This document shows, piece by piece, positions 8,568-17,641 of a DNA stretch of 64,000 nucleotides. The stretch is from a virus (Duplodnaviria; Caudoviricetes). The stretch lies in IMG/VR virus record IMGVR_UViG_3300005805_000060, positions 1 through 64,000 of that record. One strand, given 5' to 3'. The translations under genes were made by a program, and so were the position numbers. The notes under the pieces were generated by a model that worked only from the letters and a program-made list of their open reading frames with translations, made no database searches and was not told the origin of the DNA. The stretch's first letter is position 1, and every line of letters begins with the position of its first letter.

Positions 8568-10887
8568 ACAATTTACATGACGCGCATTCAGACTCGCTAT
8601 CAAAGTCAATGGCTTCTAACATGGCCGGAGACTCTTCAGCAACTGCTTTTGATCCTTGCTTGTCTATAAGTGAGTAGTACATTGACTTTAATCCCCAATG
8701 ATGAGCCAACATCAGATTTTTAGCGATCAATGTAGAAGGTACTTTTCTGTCTGGAAAATGCTTGGGTGAATAGAATGTATTGGTACTGATACTTTGATCA
8801 ACGTATGCTGCCAGTACTGCTGCGGTTTTTAAGTAGCCTGCGCAGTCAGTCTGGTCCCACATCATTTGATACTTGTTTTTAAGTCTCTGATACTCAGGCA
8901 CTACCTGTGTAAAGGAACCTGCTTTTGATTCCTTGGTAGATATCAAACTCATAGGCATTTCAATACCGTTGGTTGAATTAATGACCACTGAACTTGATTC
9001 CACAGGGGCAATTGCCATCAGCGTGGCGTTACGGACTCCGTGTTGTTTCATCTCACTGCGTAGTGTTTCCCAATCAAGTTCAGGCGCAAAGTCTGCAAGT
9101 TCATTAACACCTTGGGCTCGTAGTTCCCACGGAAACGTTCCTTGCCCATAGCGTGTTTTTGCACTGTCTAAACAAGGACCTCGTTCCTTTGCCAACTCCA
9201 CAGTGGCTTCAGTCAAGTAATATGCAATATGTTCCTGCCAACTTTTAACTTCCTGTAGTGCCTCTTTATCTCCGTATTTTAATCCACGCTTGGCATGCCA
9301 ATATGCCAGATTGGTCACTCCAATACCAATTGGTCGAATTTCATCATTGCTCAGTTTGCTTTGTATGCTTAGAAAATCTTGATAGTCTAGAATATTATTC
9401 AGACTGCGTAACAAAATTCTACAGGCACGACGAGTATCTTCTGGATTTCTAAAAGCACCCCAATTTATTGAACCTAGAGTGCAGAGTGAAATTCTACCGT
9501 TGATGTCATCCAGTCTCTTGAACGACTTGTTTGGAAGTACCACTTCAGCACAAAGATTTGACTGATAGATGGGATGTGTTTTTGGATCAAAGGGTCCTTG
9601 ATTCTGAACATTGTCGGTATACATCAAGTAAATCCGACCGGTGTCGGTGCGTTCCTTGAGTATACCACCCTTAAATACTTCTTCTGCGCTGATAACTTTT
9701 TTCCGAAGCCCTGTTTTCTTTTCATACTTTACATACAATTCTTCAAACAACGGCGTGTTAGCATAAAATGCTTCGTACAAATCAGGAACCTCGTTGGGGT
9801 CGAAGAAAGTAATATTCTCTTTGTTCTTGAAACGACGCCAAAACAATGCACTCAGGACCACGGCATAATCAAGATGCCGTACTCGGGTTTCTTCGGTACC
9901 CTGATTGTTTTTCAGCACAATAAGATCATCAAATTGATAGTGCCAAATTGGAAAATACACTGTGCAGCTTGCGTTCCTGATCCCGCCTTGGGAACAACTA
10001 CGTAGATCCCCAAACCATTTTTTCAAGAAAGGAACCATACCGGTGTGCATGATTTCGCCACCGCGTATGGGACTGCCCAATGGACGTAAACGACCAATCT
10101 CAAGGCCAATACCGGCGCGTTTGCTGGCATACTTGGCCATCATTTCGCCCGAAGCAAAGATACTGTCAAGATCGTCATCACTGCGAATGAGAACACAACT
10201 GCTAAACTGCTTGGTGGGAGTGCCCAGGCCAGCCAGCACAGGCGTGGCTAGAGTAAACAGACCATCACTGGCAGCATTGTAGTATTCCTTGATCAGTTTC
10301 ATGCGAGCTGAAAGCGGCTCTTCGCAATGCATCACTGTGGCCGCGGCCACCATGTAGCGTACCTGTGGTGTTTCGTAGATCTTTTTGGTAGCGCGATTGC
10401 GCACCAGATATTTTTCAATCAACTGCTCGATAGCTGCGTAGCTGTAGCTTTCGTCCTTTTCATGGTCAATGATCTCGTCCATGCGATTCCACTCTTCTGG
10501 GGTGTACCAGGTCAAGAGATCCGACGTGTACAGTCCCACTTCCACATTGCGTTTCACGATCTCGTAGAGCGGGGGCACGTCGTATTGACCGTATACATCC
10601 TTGCGCAACATGCTGAGTCGTTGCTTGCCGGCCACGTACTGATAATTGGTGTGACCCAGATCAGGGTTAGACTCAACATCAATAAGATCCACTATGGCTC
10701 TCAGCGTGATGCCATCAATTTCTTCGGTCGTGATGCCATCATAAAAATGCAACTGAGCCTTGATCTCGATCATGCTCTGACTGACATCAGCAATGCCTCT
10801 ACAGATCTTGTCTATCTGAGCCTGCCATTTTTCTAAAGCGAGCGGTTCGCGTCCGCCATCACGTTTGACCACTGTGATACTTTTCAT
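8566..10887 (-). CDS. nrdA: Ribonucleotide reductase class Ia alpha subunit with ATP cone
   Basis: VVKRDG ATP cone, SSCVL, SNLCAE, LCTLGS and C-terminal CxxC; no intein seen. Confidence 0.97.
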   Translation of the reverse strand: MKSITVVKRDGGREPLALEKWQAQIDKICRGIADVSQSMIEIKAQLHFYDGITTEEIDGITLRAIVDLIDVESNPDLGHTNYQYVAGKQRLSMLRKDVYGQYDVPPLYEIVKRNVEVGLYTSDLLTWYTPEEWNRMDEIIDHEKDESYSYAAIEQLIEKYLVRNRATKKIYETPQVRYMVAAATVMHCEEPLSARMKLIKEYYNAASDGLFTLATPVLAGLGTPTKQFSSCVLIRSDDDLDSIFASGEMMAKYASKRAGIGLEIGRLRPLGSPIRGGEIMHTGMVPFLKKWFGDLRSCSQGGIRNASCTVYFPIWHYQFDDLIVLKNNQGTEETRVRHLDYAVVLSALFWRRFKNKENITFFDPNEVPDLYEAFYANTPLFEELYVKYEKKTGLRKKVISAEEVFKGGILKERTDTGRIYLMYTDNVQNQGPFDPKTHPIYQSNLCAEVVLPNKSFKRLDDINGRISLCTLGSINWGAFRNPEDTRRACRILLRSLNNILDYQDFLSIQSKLSNDEIRPIGIGVTNLAYWHAKRGLKYGDKEALQEVKSWQEHIAYYLTEATVELAKERGPCLDSAKTRYGQGTFPWELRAQGVNELADFAPELDWETLRSEMKQHGVRNATLMAIAPVESSSVVINSTNGIEMPMSLISTKESKAGSFTQVVPEYQRLKNKYQMMWDQTDCAGYLKTAAVLAAYVDQSISTNTFYSPKHFPDRKVPSTLIAKNLMLAHHWGLKSMYYSLIDKQGSKAVAEESPAMLEAIDFDSESECASCKL

Positions 10888-10894
10888 GTTGTCC

Positions 10895-11326
10895 TTAACG
10901 AATTTCTTGACGTGCTTGGACCAGTGTGAACTGGTGTCTTAAATTTTTTGGAACGCCTGGGCTGATATTTACGATAGATTCACAGTCCCAATTCAATATG
11001 TATTTTTTTTCTTGTATCAGGACTAAATTGTCGCGATCGGTCTCAATGAGATAGGCGTCCTGAGCATCTGTTCGCTCTAGCAATGCTAGAGTATACATGA
11101 TACCTAGGCCACGTGCAAGATTACACAGGCGAGATTCTTCCAAGAGTTGCCAGGGATTTGGCCAACAATCTCGGTCGTCCCAGTGTAAAGTATAGGAGAT
11201 CCAAGGATATGAAAACCACCAGGCGTTGATGGCCCGGAGGCTTTGATCTAGGTCAAGATGCTGACATCGATGTCTCAAGCGAGCCCAAGAAACCAGGCGA
11301 GTTTGAAAGTCATGAAAATTCATCAA
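10895..11326 (-). CDS. Conserved hypothetical protein
   Basis: 143-aa ORF coupled to the tail protein gene. Confidence 0.65.
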   Translation of the reverse strand: MMNFHDFQTRLVSWARLRHRCQHLDLDQSLRAINAWWFSYPWISYTLHWDDRDCWPNPWQLLEESRLCNLARGLGIMYTLALLERTDAQDAYLIETDRDNLVLIQEKKYILNWDCESIVNISPGVPKNLRHQFTLVQARQEIR

Positions 11327-13143
11327 CCCACTGATGATACGCTATAATAGATTGTGCCGTTATAGGTGGTGCTGGCAGCAGAATACAGTACCGAAACAGT
11401 GTTACCAGCACCTTCGCTTACACTCAAGACCACATCGCAGTTTTCGTTTTCATTGTAGTCATCGGTAAAGACCACTTCCTCACCTGCACTGTCGTTGCCT
11501 GGAGATCCACACACCACTAACTGTCCGGTTCGCACGCCATACGTGGCTGCGGTATCGCGGTAAATGGTATAGTCCATGCGGAAACTGGTGAAGCCACCAG
11601 TACCAGGTGGTTGATCAAGATCAATACTAAAAATAGTCTGATCAACAGCCCCATCCACAATGGCAGCCTGCTGACCGGTCTGCCTGCGGTAGCTGCCCAG
11701 CTGGATATTTTCACCGTTGGTGCTGGCAATACTAGCGGGAATGGTATCGGTCAGCACTGCATACAGTTGGATACGTGGATAGATTGAGGCATAGGCGCTG
11801 GTGCGCTGGAACATGTCTCCCACGCTGATGTTGTTGTCAGCGTTGATCAAAACACAGGGAGCAGCCGGATTGGTCACGCCATTGAAGTGATTGCCAACAT
11901 CGTAGAAAGTGTTGTATCCAGTGGCGTTAAGACTGCAGGTATCAATCACAATACCCTCGGCATAGATATTATCGAAGGTGTTGTGCATGATGCGGAACCC
12001 CGAAGGACCACCATTTACCGGTGCCGAGTCTCCCAGCACAATACCTTTGTGTAAGGTATCAAAAGTGCTGTTGCTGACTGTGATGCCCTGAGTGAAGTTG
12101 TCGGTACTGAACGCATAGGTGGCATTGTGAAATGCGCACTGGTCAAACGTGATGCCCTTGACTGGTAAGCTAGTGGTGCTGGCCACACTGACCAGGCGCA
12201 GATCCTCAATTGATGTATCCAACTGTAGCGTGGTCAAGGCACCATACAAACTCACCTGATTGAACTCACTGTTGTTCACGCGGTCCAATATCAACAAGCT
12301 GTGTCCCAGACTGCTGTCATCGTCATATTCCTGGGTGGCCAGGGCCACACCTTCCAATTCAATAAACTGAGGTGGCGTAGCTCCATTGAGACCAATGTTG
12401 CTGCCAGTCTGTTGTAGGCTGTCACAGGTATTGAACGCATACGTGGGAAGGCCGGTACTTGCCCAATAATTGGTGTCGGTGAGCAGAACTGGCACACCTG
12501 ATATCAGGGCCGGGACCTGAGCAATAGAACGATAGTAATTGATAGCACCACCACCTTCCTCGTTCTTGACCAGGATATCCCGGGGATAGGCCGTGCCTGA
12601 CACCCAAGTGGACACTTGAAAAGACAGTATGCTGGCATCTGATCCATCGCCGTAGATACGAGCATAGGGCGGGATCAAAATGGTATCAGTAATCTTGTAG
12701 GTGCCTGCAGGAAAGTAGAGAGCTCGACGCACTTGAGTGTTGACTTGCACACAGTACAGCTGGAACAGTGCTCGGTTTATGGCCTCGGTGTCATCTGTGA
12801 CCCCATCGCCAGTGGCACCAAAATCCGTGGCCACTACAAAGCTGTCCAGTCTGTTCTGGAGACTCTGAGTCACTGATGTGCCTGGGCTAGCACCGGTCTG
12901 CGCGGTATAACCCGCTGCTTCGCCCTTGTAGGTATAGGCTGTGGTAAAGGCCAAGATGTCCGAGAACTCTGTCAACACCTCGGTGTTGCCCACAACCGGG
13001 GCACCCTCTTCCGTGGCACCATTACCAATGAACAACCTGCGCTGATCAATGGACCAGCCCAGCTCGGCGCCGGCTAGCGGTTGTGGTAGATCTTCTTGCA
13101 GCCCTTTGCGCTGCGTAAGGCGAGATACTTGTACTATGGCCAC
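11323..13143 (-). CDS. Tail spike/fibre with pectate-lyase-like beta-helix
   Basis: N-terminal ELGWSIDQRRLFIGNG head-binding motif, DFGATGDGVTDDTEAINRAL and LYFPAGTY. Confidence 0.8.
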   Translation of the reverse strand: MAIVQVSRLTQRKGLQEDLPQPLAGAELGWSIDQRRLFIGNGATEEGAPVVGNTEVLTEFSDILAFTTAYTYKGEAAGYTAQTGASPGTSVTQSLQNRLDSFVVATDFGATGDGVTDDTEAINRALFQLYCVQVNTQVRRALYFPAGTYKITDTILIPPYARIYGDGSDASILSFQVSTWVSGTAYPRDILVKNEEGGGAINYYRSIAQVPALISGVPVLLTDTNYWASTGLPTYAFNTCDSLQQTGSNIGLNGATPPQFIELEGVALATQEYDDDSSLGHSLLILDRVNNSEFNQVSLYGALTTLQLDTSIEDLRLVSVASTTSLPVKGITFDQCAFHNATYAFSTDNFTQGITVSNSTFDTLHKGIVLGDSAPVNGGPSGFRIMHNTFDNIYAEGIVIDTCSLNATGYNTFYDVGNHFNGVTNPAAPCVLINADNNISVGDMFQRTSAYASIYPRIQLYAVLTDTIPASIASTNGENIQLGSYRRQTGQQAAIVDGAVDQTIFSIDLDQPPGTGGFTSFRMDYTIYRDTAATYGVRTGQLVVCGSPGNDSAGEEVVFTDDYNENENCDVVLSVSEGAGNTVSVLYSAASTTYNGTIYYSVSSVG

Positions 13144-13162
13144 TGTGATATCCTTTAGGCTA

Positions 13163-13879
13163 TCACATATTTAGCACATAGTATTGCTCCACACGTTTCC
13201 ACCATTCCTGACGATAATGCTCAAATTCGTCGCCTTCGATCAGGAATTCTTGATATTCTGGGGGAGAAACGATGTTGTTTTGTGCGTCTAAATCGGGACG
13301 CACACACATCAAGATCACGCCCTTGCGGATCATGGTGCCATAAACAGCATTGTGCGCTTCGGCATAGGCCGCCAACTGCATGAAGTAATCACCGATCCAC
13401 TCGCGTCGCTTGGGTCGATTTGATTGTTTGTAGTCTAAAATAGTTTCGTCGCCCAGATGTATACCCGCGCCGTCGGCGGTGCCTGCATATACCCCGGGAA
13501 AATATAGGGGTATTTCTACTCCCCAAAATTCAGACACGTTTTTTAAACCTTGGTCGATTACAGTACTGGCCATGGCATGACTGGGCCAGGCAAAAGGGTT
13601 GCTGGGACGCAAAGAAAGTTTGCCAGTCCTGACGTAGTGCTCAAGGTATGTGTGCATACGAGTACCACGATTGGCAGCGTCTGTGGTGATCTGCTGGGCT
13701 CGTTCCACGCCCACTCGTTGTCGCCATTCGTTGAGCTTGCGTCGGGCTTCTTCAGGTTTGGTTCGGTCCAGTATGGTGGTGACCGAAACTAGATTCTCTC
13801 CTTCGGGAGTGAGATACACTCGTTTACCGTCTACAGTAACTCGGGGTATGGGTTGGTATCGAAATCTCTCAAAGTACAT
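13163..13879 (-). CDS. PD-(D/E)XK exonuclease (RecB/Cas4-like)
   Basis: SVTTIL, RGTRMH, YAGTAD, DYKQS and QLAAYA motifs; start moved to 13879. Confidence 0.85.
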   Translation of the reverse strand: MYFERFRYQPIPRVTVDGKRVYLTPEGENLVSVTTILDRTKPEEARRKLNEWRQRVGVERAQQITTDAANRGTRMHTYLEHYVRTGKLSLRPSNPFAWPSHAMASTVIDQGLKNVSEFWGVEIPLYFPGVYAGTADGAGIHLGDETILDYKQSNRPKRREWIGDYFMQLAAYAEAHNAVYGTMIRKGVILMCVRPDLDAQNNIVSPPEYQEFLIEGDEFEHYRQEWWKRVEQYYVLNM

Positions 13880-14315
13880 CTGGTGCTCCCAACAATAACA
13901 AATCAACCCCGGCTTCCTGAAACATGCGCCGAGTAAGTTCAAAACTAACAGTCCAGCGCGGATTATCGCACCAGGGAGCGACCACACGACTAATACCAGT
14001 CTGGATTACAATCGCAGCGCATCGGCTGCAAGGCATAAAGGGCCAGGTATAGAGTGTGGTATTGCGTAAACTCTGATTGGCAAACAGGATCGCATTGACT
14101 TCGCCGTGCACGATCATCTCGTATTTGATCGAGCGGTCGTTGTAACGATCTGAAAGATCAGCTACACCACGCGGAAATCCGTTGTACCCTGTGCTGATGA
14201 TGCGACGCTGGTCATCTACTATAACCGCGCCTACCTGTGTGCTGGGATCTTTGCTCCAGGCCGATACATGTTGAGCAAGATCCAAGAACCGTTGGTGCCA
14301 GATGGTGGAATTCAA
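13869..14315 (-). CDS. cd: dCMP deaminase
   Basis: SKDPSTQVGA, GYNGFPRG, HGEVNA and PCSRC zinc motifs. Confidence 0.93.
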   Translation of the reverse strand: MNSTIWHQRFLDLAQHVSAWSKDPSTQVGAVIVDDQRRIISTGYNGFPRGVADLSDRYNDRSIKYEMIVHGEVNAILFANQSLRNTTLYTWPFMPCSRCAAIVIQTGISRVVAPWCDNPRWTVSFELTRRMFQEAGVDLLLLGAPDVL

Positions 14316-14635
14316 ACTGAAAAGCTCTCTCCACAGCCGCAGCGAGCAGTTTCTCGGTCATTCAGAAATACCATACGATTATTCAATCCTTGACGTTGCA
14401 GATCAATCGTGGTACCATCAACTAGGTTCAGTTCACTACCATGCACCCAGGCCCGGATACCGTGACTTTCGTAACCTACCCAGTCTCGTGTCACTGGGGG
14501 AGTTTTGGCCACTTCAAGTGTGTATGAGAATCCTGAACAACCCGAAGAACGTGCTCCAAAAAGTATGCCCACACCTTGCTGTTTCTCTATCTGTTGAGAA
14601 AGGTAATCCGCTGCGAGTTTGGTAAGTGTTATCAT
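14312..14635 (-). CDS. iscA: IscA/HesB-family Fe-S cluster carrier
   Basis: GCSGFSY and CGCGESF motifs. Confidence 0.92.
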   Translation of the reverse strand: MITLTKLAADYLSQQIEKQQGVGILFGARSSGCSGFSYTLEVAKTPPVTRDWVGYESHGIRAWVHGSELNLVDGTTIDLQRQGLNNRMVFLNDRETARCGCGESFSV

Positions 14636-14642
14636 GATTGCT

Positions 14643-14672
14643 ATTATACAGTGACAGCAAGCACTGAGTCAA
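14643..14672 (-). promoter_or_regulatory. Sigma70-type promoter TTGACT-18-TATAAT
   Basis: -10 at 14643-14648, about 8 nt before the iscA ATG. Confidence 0.7.
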
Positions 14673-14680
14673 CCTTGGAT

Positions 14681-15022
14681 CTAGCCTAGAGGATTAGCAC
14701 GTTTGGCCATATTGGCCACAATGTCCTGAGCCCTGTTTACTGGCATTCCAGCGGGTGTCTGTTCACCACCCTTGAACACTATCATGCCTGAACTGGGATC
14801 TAATGGCTCCAAGAGATTGCTGAGAGGAGGTTTTTCTATCAGTTCAGCTAAACTGCCGGGGGTAATTATCACCCCTAACTGATGTGCTAGGTTGATAAAG
14901 GCATCCTGGCTGATCTGTTTTCGAGCTGCTTGGTCATCAGCTCGACCAGCCAGGAACTGTGTCAACCCTATTAGGCGATCAGGGTCAGGCTCGCCCGGCT
15001 GGCTAACCTCAAAAATTTTCAT
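14681..15022 (-). CDS. Hypothetical protein, probable head-internal protein (MKIFEV)
   Basis: N-terminal MKxxE motif shared with neighbours. Confidence 0.6.
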   Translation of the reverse strand: MKIFEVSQPGEPDPDRLIGLTQFLAGRADDQAARKQISQDAFINLAHQLGVIITPGSLAELIEKPPLSNLLEPLDPSSGMIVFKGGEQTPAGMPVNRAQDIVANMAKRANPLG

Positions 15023-15999
15023 CAGCGTCGATCACGACCAAGGGCGCCCGGGGCACCAGCTGCTTCGGGTTCTTCGTCACTGACTTCAGGTGCAGGTGGT
15101 ATTTCAGCCCCGGCTTCAGGTGGCATTTCAGCTCCTGCGACGGGCATGACTGGTTCTGCACCGGCCATGGCTGCATCTAGGGCCGGTGCAGGTTGTGCTT
15201 GACCAGTGACCACACTCAGAGCAGTTTCTAGACTCTGCTTGGCACCTTGCAGACTTTGCACCAGATTGGTCAAGGCCGCTGTGGTATCGGTGTTGAACTG
15301 ATTGGCCTGATCTAGTCCAATCTGATTACGGATGCTGTCCACTAGTGCTGGTAATTCCTTGTACTGCATTTCAGTGGAATCTTCGATCATGCCCTGCATG
15401 CTGTCTACCATGTCCTGAGCAGCCAACACCACTTGAGCCTGTTGTACTTCGCTTTCCTTGAGTGTGCGGAATGCACGACGTAATCGTCCTTCCTGCGTGG
15501 TCTGAGCAGCAGCATTGATCATGGCCTGCTCTTCGGGATTGAGTTTCTGGCCGGGGGTCTGACTCTTCTTGATAGCGGCCTGGACTTTGGGATCTCGAGG
15601 ATTAAATGCAGGCTGTGATGTGCTAGTGCTAGTGCTAGGCTGTGATGTGGTAGTGGTGGGTTTGGCTGCACCCGGTGCTGGTTGTGATGTGCTAGTGGTG
15701 GGTTTGGCTGCACCCGGTGCCGGTTGTGCTGTGGACTGCACAGGCGGGGTCATTTCGGCCAAGTGGCTGTTGAGGGCCTGTTCCATCATGACCAACTTAA
15801 GATATGCCGGTTCGCGCTCGCTACGATGTCGATTCACTGTGTTGCGATGTTCGTGAAGCAAACCACGAACACGCTCTAGCATAGATCTTGTCTGTGTCCG
15901 ATTGAGTCGATCTACTGAGATCTTTTGATCAAAGTAACTCTCAAACACCCGAACAATTGTCTGGGTCTGCTTAGGCAGTGCGAGTTCTTGCAGTTTCAT
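15022..15999 (-). CDS. Probable prohead core/internal protein with low-complexity linker
   Basis: MKLQEL start, TAAATA upstream, QPAPGAAKPT repeats and acidic P/A-rich tail. Confidence 0.6.
   Translation of the reverse strand: MKLQELALPKQTQTIVRVFESYFDQKISVDRLNRTQTRSMLERVRGLLHEHRNTVNRHRSEREPAYLKLVMMEQALNSHLAEMTPPVQSTAQPAPGAAKPTTSTSQPAPGAAKPTTTTSQPSTSTSTSQPAFNPRDPKVQAAIKKSQTPGQKLNPEEQAMINAAAQTTQEGRLRRAFRTLKESEVQQAQVVLAAQDMVDSMQGMIEDSTEMQYKELPALVDSIRNQIGLDQANQFNTDTTAALTNLVQSLQGAKQSLETALSVVTGQAQPAPALDAAMAGAEPVMPVAGAEMPPEAGAEIPPAPEVSDEEPEAAGAPGALGRDRR
15611..15734. repeat. In-frame tandem repeats (42 bp x2 plus shorter GTGCTA units)
   Basis: 15651-15692 and 15693-15734 are nearly identical. Confidence 0.85.
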
Positions 16000-16447
16000 T
16001 GTTGAATCCTCGAAGTTGCAGGTATTTAGCTCGACTCAGGCATTTTTCTAGCTGACAATCTAGCATGTTTTCATACCATTGTTTGTTTTGAATCTTGATT
16101 TCTAGAGTTTCGTCGAACTCGCAGGTACGTGCCTGACGTTGATTTAGCAGCATGACAACGAGATCATTCCTGATGTACGATCTTTGCTGATCAAGATGTT
16201 GTATCTCATGCATGAGATTCAAGATGTTTTTACGATGTGCCACGCACCAGCATAGAGCCACATATCGATTACTTACGGTGATCAAAAGCTCGTTATCTCG
16301 CCATACCTGCGCACAGTGCTTTAGGGGCTTGATGTCGTAGATGCCAAACGCCAAGAGACCACCGTCCGTATGATCTAATATGATATGATCAATATTGCGA
16401 GTTATCTCGCGTTCGGCCCAGCGTTCAAGTTTCTGTTCGCGGGTCAT
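15971..16447 (-). CDS. Hypothetical protein
   Basis: 158-aa ORF in a coupled gene run. Confidence 0.6.
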   Translation of the reverse strand: MTREQKLERWAEREITRNIDHIILDHTDGGLLAFGIYDIKPLKHCAQVWRDNELLITVSNRYVALCWCVAHRKNILNLMHEIQHLDQQRSYIRNDLVVMLLNQRQARTCEFDETLEIKIQNKQWYENMLDCQLEKCLSRAKYLQLRGFNNETARTRTA

Positions 16448-16704
16448 GCTAGAGTTTTAGTGACCAACCAGGCAATGATGCCTGTCATGATCGCCATAAT
16501 GCCCAAACCCCAGGCAATGATTTGATCGTTGCGTTTTTCCACCACTTTCTGCATCATGTCCTGAACGCTTTGCATCAGGGTTTTTACTTCTACAATTTCT
16601 TCTTCGAGATCATTCATTTTGCTCTCAAGGAAACGATAACGCTCGGCACACAATTCTACGTGAGCCTCTAGACTCTTTTTTTCGATGTCAGTGGTGTCGG
16701 TCAT
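16444..16704 (-). CDS. Small coiled-coil protein with C-terminal TM helix (possible holin-like)
   Basis: IIAWGLGIMAIMTGIIAWLV hydrophobic helix; TAAATA upstream. Confidence 0.5.
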   Translation of the reverse strand: MTDTTDIEKKSLEAHVELCAERYRFLESKMNDLEEEIVEVKTLMQSVQDMMQKVVEKRNDQIIAWGLGIMAIMTGIIAWLVTKTLA

Positions 16705-17120
16705 GATTGATTATTTATGGAAGAGAACCAGATATTTTGATCTTGCCCCCGTGTGCTGAGCACTGATTTTAGGGGTATTTTTTCGTCAAGTTGTGTCAGC
16801 ATGGGCACGCCCTCACAATCCTGTAGCAGCAGATCTAGAGACTCCAACTCCCCATACACGGCAGGGTTAGCCACCTCAAAAGTGAATTGCCATTCATGCC
16901 CACGACATTCAACTGCACTTACACTTTCTAGCTGAGTCCTTAGACCAAACACTTGTAGCAGAGTTTCAAAGTTTCGTTGTTTATTACGAGACCGTGACCA
17001 TGAGCCATGATCTTGTATCAAATGATCGCCACTGTCCCGATAGGGCATCTGGGAGGGTCGGAAATTGCCAGTGGTACCAGTATCTGAACAATCAAAAAGA
17101 GTTTTAACCAAAATCTTCAT
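16701..17120 (-). CDS. Hypothetical protein
   Basis: TAAATA 7 nt upstream of the ATG. Confidence 0.6.
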   Translation of the reverse strand: MKILVKTLFDCSDTGTTGNFRPSQMPYRDSGDHLIQDHGSWSRSRNKQRNFETLLQVFGLRTQLESVSAVECRGHEWQFTFEVANPAVYGELESLDLLLQDCEGVPMLTQLDEKIPLKSVLSTRGQDQNIWFSSINNQS

Positions 17121-17136
17121 CTAGTGATATTTAAGT

Positions 17137-17170
17137 CAAAGAAAAACCCCGGGGGTTTATTCCGGGGTTT
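17137..17170 (-). terminator. Rho-independent terminator
   Basis: AAACCCCGG/CCGGGGTTT stem followed by TTCTTT on the minus strand. Confidence 0.8.
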
Positions 17171-17187
17171 CTCTGACACTTTACCTA

Positions 17188-17571
17188 TTAGGACGACAGT
17201 TTAAAACCGCCATCGGTTGCGCTGTCTAATTGAAAGCCCGTATAGGTGACGTTTGCTGCTGCCAGAAACACAGTGGCATTGGCAAATGCACCAATGGGGT
17301 ACACTGCCACCGACAATGCAGTACCATCGACCTGGTACATGGCCACTGTTGAGGTCTGCTGGATGGCCTGGATAACATTGGCCACATACTCACGCACACC
17401 ACCTTCGCCATTGATACTGTTGTTGGCTACTGCGCGGAAGAAGGCCAGCTTGGGACCTTGAGGTTGAACTGGCACGCCGGCCAGTGAGGTGGAGGGTGCT
17501 ACGGGTCCATCACGGGTGTCCAGCGCAAATACTGGTTGGCTGTCACCGTTTACAGGAATCAAATATGCCAT
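17188..17571 (-). CDS. Probable abundant virion protein
   Basis: Own TAAATA promoter, strong AGGAGA SD, own terminator and a beta-rich small protein. Confidence 0.6.
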   Translation of the reverse strand: MAYLIPVNGDSQPVFALDTRDGPVAPSTSLAGVPVQPQGPKLAFFRAVANNSINGEGGVREYVANVIQAIQQTSTVAMYQVDGTALSVAVYPIGAFANATVFLAAANVTYTGFQLDSATDGGFKLSS

Positions 17572-17641
17572 GATTTATCTCCTAATTTATATGGGCTTGA
17601 AGCCCTACTGTTATTTACCAAACTGACAAAAAATCAACCTG

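Noticed and set aside
8566-10887. Intein or intron in nrdA or nrdB
   Set aside because: Both have normal lengths and continuous motifs.
11323-13143. Diversity-generating retroelement target (Mtd-like N-terminus)
   Set aside because: No reverse transcriptase and no template/variable repeat pair in the window; the C-terminal part is a beta-helix type.
13163-13879. Cas4 as evidence of a CRISPR-Cas locus
   Set aside because: It is a stand-alone PD-(D/E)XK nuclease common in phages; no cas1/cas2 or array is nearby.
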